Shown here in pieces: positions 46,886 to 56,054 of a stretch of DNA of 64,000 nucleotides (position 1 is the first letter of the stretch; the number at the start of each line of letters is the position of its first letter). The position numbers and the translations under genes were made by a program. The notes beneath the pieces were generated by a model that had not been told where the DNA came from, made no database searches, and saw only the letters and a list, made by a program, of their open reading frames with translations. The DNA is from a virus. The stretch spans positions 19,042 to 83,041 of IMG/VR virus record IMGVR_UViG_3300044819_000016, one strand, 5' to 3'.

Positions 46886-47239
46886 ATGGAAACCGCCACG
46901 ACGACTCCCAAACCCGTCAGTACAGCCAAACGCCGACAGATCGAGGCAGACGAAGCGCGCGCTGTCCTCCTGAAAATGTTGACCCGGGGTCAACGGGTAT
47001 TCGCCGAACAGACGCACACGTCAGCATCGGGAACCACGCGCCGTTATCGCGTGCTCGTGATCCTCCGGAACGACATTTGCGACATCACCCGCTTAACTGC
47101 GCGTGCCACCAAGCGCGAGGTCAACGATCGCGGAATCAAGGTGACCGGTGGGAACTTTTCAGGTGAGGTCGAGATCAAAGATGAACTTGCACGAGTCCTT
47201 TTCGGCGGGTACAACGATCTCGAACTTGGACGGATCTAG
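46886..47239 (+). CDS. Early hypothetical protein
   Basis: GAAAGGA RBS; 117 aa. Confidence 0.6.
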   Translation: METATTTPKPVSTAKRRQIEADEARAVLLKMLTRGQRVFAEQTHTSASGTTRRYRVLVILRNDICDITRLTARATKREVNDRGIKVTGGNFSGEVEIKDELARVLFGGYNDLELGRI

Positions 47240-47242
47240 CCC

Positions 47243-47578
47243 ATGAGGCCCGCCAAGCTCCCCGCTCGCCTCTTTGCCGTGTACAACTGGCTCGATCTGG
47301 CAGGCGAGATCCCCACCCTGCAATCCCTGTCAGGAGACGATCTCCTGGCCTACTGCCTGGACGCGGCCAGCAACGCGCATGCGCACGGGGAAACGGACGT
47401 CACAGAGTCTGACGTGTTCGCTCTGCGCGTGCACCTTGGCGCCGCATTCCCGGACGGTGCCAAGGCGCCTAGGCTCAATGCAGGTGAGCGCGCCGACGCG
47501 GTCAAGGCATCGGTCGCCAAACTCGATGCGGACGCCGCCACGAGCAATCCAGACGGCAGGGAAGGAGTACAACCATGA
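47243..47578 (+). CDS. Hypothetical protein
   Basis: Coupled ORF. Confidence 0.55.
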   Translation: MRPAKLPARLFAVYNWLDLAGEIPTLQSLSGDDLLAYCLDAASNAHAHGETDVTESDVFALRVHLGAAFPDGAKAPRLNAGERADAVKASVAKLDADAATSNPDGREGVQP

Positions 47579-47904
47579 GCCCCGCGGACTATCGGATCGT
47601 CAAACGCATCAATGCGGACCTCACGATCGGCAAGATGCCGATCAAGCAGTACCTCTGCCATGCCGACGGGCACTCGGCGGTTGTCGAGTACCAACCCGCG
47701 CTCTACGACGGCTGGCAGATCCGTTGGATCACCTACATGGAAAACGAGCCAACGGCCGAGCGGTCCCACGCAAGCGCGGAGCACTGGCAGGGACCGAACC
47801 GCTACCTGGACGTCAGTAACGCGGAGCGGGAATCGGCAACCAAGCATGCCGCGATGCACTACACCCCAAGTCTCAAACCCTGGCACCCGGAGAACGACCG
47901 ATGA
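47575..47904 (+). CDS. Hypothetical protein
   Basis: AAGGAG RBS, ATGA overlap. Confidence 0.6.
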   Translation: MSPADYRIVKRINADLTIGKMPIKQYLCHADGHSAVVEYQPALYDGWQIRWITYMENEPTAERSHASAEHWQGPNRYLDVSNAERESATKHAAMHYTPSLKPWHPENDR

Positions 47905-48122
47905 CAAATCCAAGCCCCCCAATCCTGGCCATCGAGACACTCGAAGGAATCCTGTCGGATGCCCGCAACCTCCGGCACGCATTCCAGCTACTGAGGTCCA
48001 CCCTGCCGCCGTCCGAACGTGTCGAGGCAATCAACGCGATGACGCTCAAGGTCGAGGGGGGACTAGCCGGTCTCCGAACGGAGACGGAGGACGCGTGCCT
48101 TTGGGCCCCAGGCAAGCCCTAG
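47901..48122 (+). CDS. Hypothetical protein
   Basis: ATGA overlap. Confidence 0.55.
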   Translation: MTNPSPPILAIETLEGILSDARNLRHAFQLLRSTLPPSERVEAINAMTLKVEGGLAGLRTETEDACLWAPGKP

Positions 48123-48289
48123 CCCCACACGCATCGCAAAACGAACCCAGATGGCCCAGGACGCACGTAACCCCCCGCCATGGGCCCACCCCACCCAACG
48201 TCAACCAAACGTCAACCTGGCCCCTCCCAGGGGACCAGGGAATTGACCCAGGATTGACTTAGCCCTGCCAGTACAAGATCCTAGTTCGC

Positions 48290-49090
48290 ATGAGCGACAA
48301 GGATGAAACCCCACAGCAAACCCCGAGCCAGGAACCAACGCTGAAGTCTGTAACTGGCGGATTACACAAACCAAGGGGTGGAAAGCGGCCGCCGCCAAAG
48401 GGCCCGTACAGACGTAGCGGCAGGGTGGATCGTGCGCTTTACGATTCGATGGCAGAGCGGTATTTGCAGGGGGAACGGGTGCAATCACAGCTAGCGCGAG
48501 TGTGCAACGTGGGACTGCCGACGGCGCACAGAGCAATCAACCATGGATGGCCTGATCGAGGATGGCCAAGCCTGAAAAGCAGAGCACAGCTGTACGACAA
48601 GCTGCACAGCGAAACGCAAATCACCACTGCGAACCCAGCACGCGGCAAGGACGCGCGCGACTGGGTTCAAATGCGTGATGACTTCGTCAGCATCTGCAAC
48701 GGCGTGCGCGTGGGACTCAGTCGCGCCGTGATCGTGCTGAATAAAGCAGTGGACCAAGCAACGGCAACTGAACTACGCGCCGTGCGCGAGGTCCACATGG
48801 AGGAAGTCCTCGACGACAAGGGCCGCGTGACGAAAAGAATCCCCCGCACGATCACGGTCGACGTGCAAATGCCGCCGTCCATCTTTCGCATTGCCGAGTC
48901 GCTGTCGTCCGTGGCGTCTGCACTCAAGCAGACGGCACTCGGGGAGCTCGAGGTTCTCATGGCAAAGCTTCCAGCCGGTTCATTCGGCAAAGCTGGCCAC
49001 AAGCTGACGCAAGCCCAGATCGAGTACATGGCAGCGAACAACGGAGCGATACCGCCCGGCGTCGATCTGGACGACCTCGGAGAGGTATAG
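48290..49090 (+). CDS. HTH protein, possible terminase small subunit
   Basis: YLQGERVQSQLARVCNVGLPTAHRAI HTH followed by a helical region; stand-alone unit with its own terminator. Confidence 0.45.
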   Translation: MSDKDETPQQTPSQEPTLKSVTGGLHKPRGGKRPPPKGPYRRSGRVDRALYDSMAERYLQGERVQSQLARVCNVGLPTAHRAINHGWPDRGWPSLKSRAQLYDKLHSETQITTANPARGKDARDWVQMRDDFVSICNGVRVGLSRAVIVLNKAVDQATATELRAVREVHMEEVLDDKGRVTKRIPRTITVDVQMPPSIFRIAESLSSVASALKQTALGELEVLMAKLPAGSFGKAGHKLTQAQIEYMAANNGAIPPGVDLDDLGEV

Positions 49091-49115
49091 CCGCTAGCCG
49101 CTAGCCTGGTACCAC

Positions 49116-49147
49116 CGAAAGGCCCGGACTAACCCCCGGGCCTTTCG
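49116..49147. terminator. Stem-loop terminator
   Basis: CGAAAGGCCCGG / CCGGGCCTTTCG 12-bp stem. Confidence 0.7.
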
Positions 49148-49276
49148 TGCGTCTGGACCTCGGCACGACAGGGTTGCCCCGAACGGCGTTTGAGTAATTG
49201 CAGACAGTTGCCGTAATTAAGAAACATTGGAAACGCTACCAGGTGCGAGACCTCGGCACGGGCTAACTTCGAACCC

Positions 49277-49528
49277 ATGGAACCACGAGAACCACGAGAC
49301 GCATTCGAGCGGGTGATTCTGGCGATGGCCCGTGTTGCTATTGCAGAGCGCGAAGCCGCAAGGGCCCGCTACCGCGCGGCAGGTGTCGGCGGCGGCGAAG
49401 GGGAACGCCTACAGGCACGCTACCGGGCCGCGATCGAGATCCAGCACGTCTGCCAGGACGAAGCGGCCTCCGCGAACGATGCACTGGTGCGCGAGACCGG
49501 CGGACTGCCGACCGAGCCGATGGGCTAA
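49277..49528 (+). CDS. Hypothetical protein (putatively leaderless)
   Basis: ATG lies 7 nt after GGGCTAACTT (49260-49269). Confidence 0.6.
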   Translation: MEPREPRDAFERVILAMARVAIAEREAARARYRAAGVGGGEGERLQARYRAAIEIQHVCQDEAASANDALVRETGGLPTEPMG

Positions 49529-49538
49529 CTTCCAGGGG

Positions 49539-51443
49539 ATGAAAGTAACCGTCACCCTTCGCAATGGCGTCCGAGTCTCAATCACAACCGACAGCGCAAC
49601 GGAAGTCGGCGCTGTCCTCCGCGAGCTAGGAGTACCAGGCGAGCCAACATATCCCGAGCGGGGCGGAGACGACGAACCGTCTCCGGAGGAGATTCGCCAG
49701 GCTTTCCGCCATTCGGCATGGGAAGCAAACGAGCGCGCCGAATGGCTGGCACGCCGTAACCGCTACGTTACCGAGACCTCCGACCCTGCCGCCGAGGACG
49801 CCTACGTCCCTGCCGCCGACCACAACGGTAACCCCCGGTGGTGGCACACGGCCGAGACCGAACCGCCAGACGCATCGGCCGGACAGCGGTTCGATGCCTC
49901 GCACCCAACGGGGCCCGGCATTGACGGAGAACCGCCAGACACGAGTATTACCGCTGCGCGTGCGGCGCGGTTTACTCGATGCATACCACGCGCCGCCAGC
50001 GGTTGGGCAGTCCGTCAACCGTTCGAGCCTGCCGAGGTCGTCCTACCGCCTGGTCGCGTCTGGCCCGTCGGGACCGATGCATGGTCCTGGGAACGAACCC
50101 AGGCGGATGGGACGCTAGCCTACGGCGCCTGCACCGATCGGGAATCAGCCTACGCGGCCGCTGGCCTACCGCTACCCGTCGTCCCCGAATCGCTACCGCC
50201 GGGCCGCGCGTGGCAACCGGACAACGCGTGGTTTGATCCTGGACAACTGGCCGCGCTGACCCTCGAACCTGCCAAAGCGGCCGCGTCAGTCTCCAAGCCT
50301 GCAGAACAGCCTGCCGGACCCACCCTGCCGCGCAAGGAGTCGCCATTGGCCATCGTCGGCGGCAGGGAATCAACCCAGGACGTCACGGAATGCCCCTCCC
50401 TTGCGCAAGGCGAAGAGATTACAGAGACTAGGCTGTCACCCCCTTGTCAGGACGATGACGCGTTGCTTAGCGCAGCTAATGCGGTCGTGGCGTCAGACGC
50501 GGCTATCTCGGCTGTTCCAGTCAGGGACCGGACCACGGGCAAGAGTCTCGTCGACGCGCCTGGCGGGTGCGTCTTGCTCTACCGCGGTTCGGGCTGGTCC
50601 TGGCGATGCACCGTTCCCGGCTGGCAGCACCACAGCAAGGGCGGATACGACACCCGCGCCGATGCATTGGCAGGTGTCGAGGCATGGCTGGCCAGTACAC
50701 CAGGAGAGAATGACGGTGGAACGCTCGACCTCGTAGACCGCGAAAAGGCACGGTCCAAGATTCCGCCCGGAGGTCGCCTTTGGTACCAGCGTGGCGACGA
50801 AGCGTATGGGTCTCGGTCTGGCTGGTGCTGGGAACTTCCACAAGCGCCAGAAGGCCAAGGGGTTATTGGCGTCACGGATGGCGGCCCACACTTCTACTAC
50901 CGCGATGCCTTGCACGCGCTATGGTGCGCTGCCGATAATCTTGGCTTGCCTGTCGAGGCGGTGCCTGCATCCCGTCCGACGGCAGATTTACCGCCGAACA
51001 AACCGCGAGGTGGGCGCCGGAAGGACGGTCAGCCGTACAAGCGCCGCAAGGTCAACGTCCCTGGCGACGGCGGCACCTCAAACGAGACGGCAAAGCAGGA
51101 AGTCGCGCCTGCGTTCTTGCCAGCGACCCTACCGCCGGCCGACGACAATACCCGCCGGTCGCGCACCCCAGGGTACCGCGCCACTCGGAACGAAGGACTC
51201 CGCAAGGTGCGCGAGACAGACCCGTTGCCAGAGGTCGACGACTTGGCTTCCCGGTTGCCGCACAGACCCACTGATCCAAAGCTCTACATCCACCCCGGTG
51301 CAGGTTGGGGGCCGATGGAAGACGGCGGCATCGTCAAGCATCTCGTGTGCAAGGGCAGCGGGTGCGATGCCTGCAATCACCAAGGCTGTAAGCGTTGCAT
51401 CGAGAAACCGCCTCGGAAGTGGAAGGGGTTCGGGGCCATTTGA
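49539..51443 (+). CDS. Mosaic hypothetical protein with repeated PPG/W-x-W modules (putatively leaderless)
   Basis: ATG lies 7 nt after GGGCTAACTT (49522-49531); LPPGRVW, LPPGRAW, APGG and IPPGGRLW modules. Confidence 0.55.
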   Translation: MKVTVTLRNGVRVSITTDSATEVGAVLRELGVPGEPTYPERGGDDEPSPEEIRQAFRHSAWEANERAEWLARRNRYVTETSDPAAEDAYVPAADHNGNPRWWHTAETEPPDASAGQRFDASHPTGPGIDGEPPDTSITAARAARFTRCIPRAASGWAVRQPFEPAEVVLPPGRVWPVGTDAWSWERTQADGTLAYGACTDRESAYAAAGLPLPVVPESLPPGRAWQPDNAWFDPGQLAALTLEPAKAAASVSKPAEQPAGPTLPRKESPLAIVGGRESTQDVTECPSLAQGEEITETRLSPPCQDDDALLSAANAVVASDAAISAVPVRDRTTGKSLVDAPGGCVLLYRGSGWSWRCTVPGWQHHSKGGYDTRADALAGVEAWLASTPGENDGGTLDLVDREKARSKIPPGGRLWYQRGDEAYGSRSGWCWELPQAPEGQGVIGVTDGGPHFYYRDALHALWCAADNLGLPVEAVPASRPTADLPPNKPRGGRRKDGQPYKRRKVNVPGDGGTSNETAKQEVAPAFLPATLPPADDNTRRSRTPGYRATRNEGLRKVRETDPLPEVDDLASRLPHRPTDPKLYIHPGAGWGPMEDGGIVKHLVCKGSGCDACNHQGCKRCIEKPPRKWKGFGAI

Positions 51444-51838
51444 GCGGTCGCGTCCACCTCGGTACCAACGGCTGTCACGAGTATTACCGCTGCGCGTGCG
51501 GCGCGGTTTACTCGACGTACACCACGCGCCGCCAGCGGCTGTACTGCCATCGGCGCTGCGTGCTCAATCCCCTTCGCGATAAGGGCTACGTTCACCATGC
51601 AATCGCCGCGAAGCTGGCGAACGAACGGGCGGCCAAGCTGGCGGCAGAGCCTGAGCCCTTCATGCCGCCACGGGAAGCAACGTGGGGCTCGTACCTCAAT
51701 GCCGGGCTAGCCGAGCGTGTCCGTGCCGCCGAGATTGAATTCGACGCCCACCTTGATTCGCTCGATGCTCCCGAGCGGTGGCAGGACTGGGAGCGGCCAC
51801 GGTTCGATAGGTTCTGGAAAGGGAAGGGCCACCGATGA
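51440..51838 (+). CDS. Cys-rich hypothetical protein
   Basis: TTGA overlap; CACG...YCHRRC. Confidence 0.5.
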   Translation: MSGRVHLGTNGCHEYYRCACGAVYSTYTTRRQRLYCHRRCVLNPLRDKGYVHHAIAAKLANERAAKLAAEPEPFMPPREATWGSYLNAGLAERVRAAEIEFDAHLDSLDAPERWQDWERPRFDRFWKGKGHR

Positions 51839-52071
51839 CCGAACACCCCGAGATTGAGGCGATGATCCTCCGTCACGCGCTACAGGCGCTCGACTGCTCC
51901 GTTGCCATCCAGGCAATCCAGCGCGCGAACGCTCTCATCGGCTCCAAGTCTGCGCACTCTGATACCGCCATCCAGATCCTTGCCGAGCGGGCCAATTACC
52001 ACCGTACACGCGCCGCTGAACTGCGAGCGATGATGCGAGCCGAGGAAACCCCAGAGGAGGCCAGATCATGA
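51835..52071 (+). CDS. Hypothetical protein
   Basis: ATGA overlap. Confidence 0.55.
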   Translation: MTEHPEIEAMILRHALQALDCSVAIQAIQRANALIGSKSAHSDTAIQILAERANYHRTRAAELRAMMRAEETPEEARS

Positions 52072-52631
52072 TCCCAGCAAACGCATGCCCGAAATGCACG
52101 GCAACGGCAGAGGAGCCTGGAAAGCTCTGCCGCTTTTGTTCCACCGCTTCGCAGTTGCCGCGATCCTACTGCCGAGGCCAATGTGGCACCGAGGTCCCGC
52201 AAGAGGGTCTTACCTGCATCGCATGCATGAACAGGCGACCCAAGCCCGAGATGTACCCGTGTCCTGGGTGCGGGACGAACGGGTACACGCGCGCGCTCTG
52301 CGGCGCCTGCAAGGATGCCGTTGCAATCGATGACGCCCGCGACTTCGCGGGCCATGTCTCGCGCGTCGATCGTCACTTCGTCGCCCAGTCCGAACGCCTG
52401 GAGAAGTTCATCATGGAACAGACCAAGGACTTATTCGTACACCTCACGGCGGCGCTCGCGGTGCCCCCCGCGGCTCCCGCGCGCGAGAATCTCAGCAACA
52501 AAGCCCTGTACGCGATTCGCGTTCTCCTGCTTCAGAGCATCGACGAAGCCAAAGAACGCATGTGGCAGGCAAAACAGGAAGAACTGGAGCACACCCTGGC
52601 CGAGTTCGATGCGTGGCGGAAAGAGCAATGA
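52068..52631 (+). CDS. Multi-CxxC zinc-finger protein
   Basis: CPKC, CRFC, CIAC, CPGC, CGAC. Confidence 0.6.
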   Translation: MIPANACPKCTATAEEPGKLCRFCSTASQLPRSYCRGQCGTEVPQEGLTCIACMNRRPKPEMYPCPGCGTNGYTRALCGACKDAVAIDDARDFAGHVSRVDRHFVAQSERLEKFIMEQTKDLFVHLTAALAVPPAAPARENLSNKALYAIRVLLLQSIDEAKERMWQAKQEELEHTLAEFDAWRKEQ

Positions 52632-52897
52632 GCAAGCGGTCGGAAGCCCTGGAGCGTGTGCGCCTCGGCATCCTCGACTTGATCAAAGAAGCCCGCGAGG
52701 AGAAGGGCTGGACGATCGATACCTTCATGGCCAATCAGGAGACGATCAACCGCGTCCGCGCTGTCATCGTCCCTATCGGTCTGAAGATCGAACTTGATAC
52801 CGACATGCCGGACAAGGAATTCATCCTGTTCGACAGCACCATGCGCGTCACCATGAAGGCCGCCGTCGGCCAAGGCGAAGGGGGGATGATCAATTGA
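52628..52897 (+). CDS. Hypothetical protein
   Basis: ATGA overlap. Confidence 0.55.
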   Translation: MSKRSEALERVRLGILDLIKEAREEKGWTIDTFMANQETINRVRAVIVPIGLKIELDTDMPDKEFILFDSTMRVTMKAAVGQGEGGMIN

Positions 52898-53088
52898 TTC
52901 TCTACGTTGTTCACCACAATTATGCGGGTGATTCCAATCCTCCGATGGAGAACATCCTAGGCGTCTACACGACGGCTGAGGCGGCGATCAATCGAGCCCG
53001 TGAGATCAACCGCAAGTGGTACGACGACTATTGCAATGTGACGGCGATAAAGGCTGACGAACCGCTCGACCCTCCGGGTGACCATTGA
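52894..53088 (+). CDS. Small hypothetical protein
   Basis: ILGVYTTAEAA motif, common in small phage proteins. Confidence 0.5.
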   Translation: MILYVVHHNYAGDSNPPMENILGVYTTAEAAINRAREINRKWYDDYCNVTAIKADEPLDPPGDH

Positions 53089-53906
53089 GCCTCGGATCGA
53101 TGACGGACCACGAGCGGATGATCTGGGCCGCTCGCCAGCTCCAGCTTGCCCGGGCCCGCGACGACTTCTCAAGGTTCGTCCCTGCCGCCATCCGCGGCGA
53201 CGACGGCGCCCCTGTCCATCCCTCGATCCTGGTGCTCGCCTGGTGGGCGCATGCCCGGTGGTCCTGGGAGCGTAACCTGCACGCCGGCATCTACACCCCG
53301 CTGCCGGTCGGAGCGTTCACCACGGCGCTCGCCACGTGGCTTGCAGGGCGCGGCTACCGCGTCCAGGTAGTGGCGCCCAACTCGGCGCTCGCCGCTCACC
53401 GTCTAAGGTCGATCCGAACCACCCTTGAGTCGCCACAGGTTCAGCGGATTTTCCCCTCTCCGCCGCCGTTGAAGTGGGGTGCGCATTCGGCCACGGCTGA
53501 GCCGGCCTCGCCCGGCGCTCCGCCACGTGTCCTAGTTGACTGCCGGCCGGTCGCATCCCGAGGTGGATCGCCAGGGTACAACCGGCTCATCCTGGAGTCC
53601 CCCGCCGATCAGGACAATTCGTCCACGGCTGAGCGGCAGGACGCCACCCGCCGGCAGGTCGAGCTGACTTGGCTCGGCGCGCTGGAGGAAGGCGGCAAGG
53701 CGCTTTGGATATCCCCGCGGATGGCCGGTGGTCCGGGCCCTGTGCTCCGGGAGCGCGCCGACTTCGCGTGGCTCGACCAGCGCCCGTCCATCGACGGCTC
53801 CGCTTGGGAGCAGGAGGCGTATGCCGTTCCCGAGACGTACCCAGAAGAGCTGGCCGCGATCCTGCATTCGATGGCCGTGATTCCAGCCACGAAGGTCGCG
53901 GGCTAA
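53085..53906 (+). CDS. Degenerate terminase large subunit ATPase-like domain
   Basis: ARDDF...IYTPLPVG...RVQVVA..SALA..RLRSIR...RIFP...LILESP.D..NS...TWLGALEEGG follows TerL N-domain motif order without Walker Lys/Asp. Confidence 0.5.
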   Translation: MSLGSMTDHERMIWAARQLQLARARDDFSRFVPAAIRGDDGAPVHPSILVLAWWAHARWSWERNLHAGIYTPLPVGAFTTALATWLAGRGYRVQVVAPNSALAAHRLRSIRTTLESPQVQRIFPSPPPLKWGAHSATAEPASPGAPPRVLVDCRPVASRGGSPGYNRLILESPADQDNSSTAERQDATRRQVELTWLGALEEGGKALWISPRMAGGPGPVLRERADFAWLDQRPSIDGSAWEQEAYAVPETYPEELAAILHSMAVIPATKVAG

Positions 53907-53927
53907 CTTCGATCGTAGGAGGCGACG

Positions 53928-54338
53928 ATGAAAACGACACTGATGATCCTGGCCCTGGCGAGTCCGAGTCCCGTAACTCTGGCAAGTATCGCGACGATGT
54001 CCCCGACGTTCGCGGCGAGCATCGGCATGGATGGACAGAGGTACGCCGTGGATCTCGGCAAGGTCCCCACGCAGCACATCCACGTGCGCCTGCCGTCGGC
54101 CATGGCCCAGCGCAACTGGGAATGCGAGGTGACGCCCGAGACCTTGAGCAACGACGGGACCAGGATTTTCCGGAACTTCGCGTGCTCCGCTGGCGACACG
54201 TCCGTGGTGGTCGAAGCGGTGTGCGGGCGCTCGACGCCGGATGCCGACCTCGGCCTGATGGAGATCAGGACGCCGGGCGAGGCGTTCGAGTTCAGGATCA
54301 GTTGCCAGACGAAGGTCATCGGCGGGGCGTCGCTGTGA
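53928..54338 (+). CDS. Putative secreted protein
   Basis: AGGAGG RBS; signal-like N-terminus MKTTLMILALA. Confidence 0.55.
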   Translation: MKTTLMILALASPSPVTLASIATMSPTFAASIGMDGQRYAVDLGKVPTQHIHVRLPSAMAQRNWECEVTPETLSNDGTRIFRNFACSAGDTSVVVEAVCGRSTPDADLGLMEIRTPGEAFEFRISCQTKVIGGASL

Positions 54339-54628
54339 GCCTGCGCGACGCTTGCGATCACTTCGTGGAGCTTGCCGACGTCCGTCAGCAGTTGGCGAAG
54401 GCCCAGGCAGAGCGCGACGAGGCCCGGAGAATCGCCGCTCACGCCGGGAAGTGCCTGATGCGCATCGACGCCGCCCTGAAGATAAATGACGGCAGCGAAG
54501 ACGCGAACGCCGCGTTCTTTGCGTTCGTCACCATCTGCACGATGGAGGCAATCCTGGCGATGAAGGATGCTCTCGGGCCATCCTTCCCGAAGCCGAATGT
54601 GCCGACGCCGTCCAAGCGAGGAGGCTAG
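54335..54628 (+). CDS. Hypothetical protein
   Basis: GTGA overlap. Confidence 0.5.
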   Translation: MSLRDACDHFVELADVRQQLAKAQAERDEARRIAAHAGKCLMRIDAALKINDGSEDANAAFFAFVTICTMEAILAMKDALGPSFPKPNVPTPSKRGG

Positions 54629-54630
54629 CC

Positions 54631-54948
54631 ATGGGCTACATCCGGAACGGAATCATCGCCGACCTCGAAGACGAGCTTGCCCGGGCGCACGCCAAGCACG
54701 GGACTCAGTCCTTGCCGCTCGGGACCCGCGACGGCGGGGCGAACCTCGTGGTTCGGGCCCAGGCCCAATTGACCTGCGACCGGCACACCCGCGAAGGGAC
54801 GCTCACCTGGGAGGACATCATCGCCGAGGAGCGCGCCGAGGCTGCGTGTGAAGAGGACTACGAACGCTGGCGAGCCGAGACGATCCAGGAAGCCGCGATG
54901 TGCATAAAAGCCGTCCAGAGCATGGACGAAAAGATGCATCGTCGATGA
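54631..54948 (+). CDS. MazG-like all-alpha protein
   Basis: TWEDIIAEERAEA...RAETIQEAAM. Confidence 0.45.
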   Translation: MGYIRNGIIADLEDELARAHAKHGTQSLPLGTRDGGANLVVRAQAQLTCDRHTREGTLTWEDIIAEERAEAACEEDYERWRAETIQEAAMCIKAVQSMDEKMHRR

Positions 54949-55199
54949 GGCGCATCGAAGGTCAACACCGCGGCGTGAAGTGGGTCGTCTTTCCGACCAA
55001 CAAACTCGACCAGTTCGAGGTCCACGCGTCTCACTACTTCAAGGGCCGCACGTTCAATGCTCTGCACATCGTTGATCTCCTCCCCCAAGATCCACCGACC
55101 ATCTTCGAGTCCCACGCGCGCCACATGATCGACGCGATGCTGGACGACCTGATTCCGTCTGTCACGATGCGAACCGGCGGCGACGTCCGCCCCAACTGA
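54945..55199 (+). CDS. Hypothetical protein
   Basis: ATGA overlap. Confidence 0.5.
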   Translation: MRRIEGQHRGVKWVVFPTNKLDQFEVHASHYFKGRTFNALHIVDLLPQDPPTIFESHARHMIDAMLDDLIPSVTMRTGGDVRPN

Positions 55200-55211
55200 G
55201 AAGGAGACACG

Positions 55212-55649
55212 ATGCCCGAAGAGAAGTTGAAGACGTTCAAGAAGCCCCTGCTCTGCGAGTTGACCGAGGCCGAGAAGGTCAAGAAGGGTCACAAGGCCGG
55301 CACCCTCAAGAAGAAGCTGGCGAAGGTGCGGCTGGAGATGAAGGCCGCGACCGTCGGCCACAAGGACGAGATCAAGAACATCCAGGAGAACCTCGACACG
55401 CTCCTCGACGAGCTGGAGACTGGCCAGGAGGAGCGTCAGATCGAGTGCCGCGAGGTGAAGAACTTCGCGGCCAAGAAGGCCGAGGTCATTCGCCTCGACA
55501 CCAACGAGGTCGTCTCGACGCGGTCCCTGATGGCCGAGGAGTTTCAGACCGACCTCGCGCCGGTGATCACCGACGTGCGCGACGCCGGCCTCGACGACGA
55601 TCTGCCGCCGCCCAAGAAGCGCGGGCGGCCGAGGTCGGCCAATGCTTAA
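55212..55649 (+). CDS. Conserved phage hypothetical protein (coiled coil, RLDT motif)
   Basis: AAGGAG RBS; LTEAE...EC...IRLDTNEVVSTR. Confidence 0.65.
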   Translation: MPEEKLKTFKKPLLCELTEAEKVKKGHKAGTLKKKLAKVRLEMKAATVGHKDEIKNIQENLDTLLDELETGQEERQIECREVKNFAAKKAEVIRLDTNEVVSTRSLMAEEFQTDLAPVITDVRDAGLDDDLPPPKKRGRPRSANA

Positions 55650-55926
55650 GTCGGAGGAACTGAAGAAGGAATGGGAGCGGCTGGGTAACGAGTGCGACGC
55701 CTCCTTTGCCAGCGTCTCCGCTGCCAATGAAGAGGTCACCCTGGCGGATGCGAAACTGCACTATGCGAAGTCCGTTCATTTGCGGCTTTTGGTGTCCCAC
55801 AGCGCAATCGGCAGGTCCACGGCGGATGCCAGGAATCGCTACTTCGATGCCCTCCACGAGGAGCAGGAAGCAGAGCGCAACGCCGTCGCTGTGCCGGGCG
55901 GCGAAGTGACTCTCGGTGAGATGTAG
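55642..55926 (+). CDS. Hypothetical protein
   Basis: Coupled helical ORF. Confidence 0.5.
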   Translation: MLKSEELKKEWERLGNECDASFASVSAANEEVTLADAKLHYAKSVHLRLLVSHSAIGRSTADARNRYFDALHEEQEAERNAVAVPGGEVTLGEM

Positions 55927-56054
55927 GATCGTGGCGGCAGTGGCGTTGCTCATCGCGGTTCTCGGACTGGCGGCGTGGGGGATCGACGTGGAGATCGGGC
56001 TCTGGAAGGAATGTCGCCGCGACCATTCTTTCTGGTACTGCAACAGGGTCCTCG

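Noticed and set aside
49160-49178. Sigma-54 promoter (GGCACG...TTGC)
   Set aside because: GG-to-GC spacing is 2 nt too long for the strict -24/-12 geometry.
49940-51541. Diversity-generating retroelement TR/VR pair
   Set aside because: Differences are C/T in both directions rather than adenine-specific, the copies are in different frames, and no reverse transcriptase is in the window.
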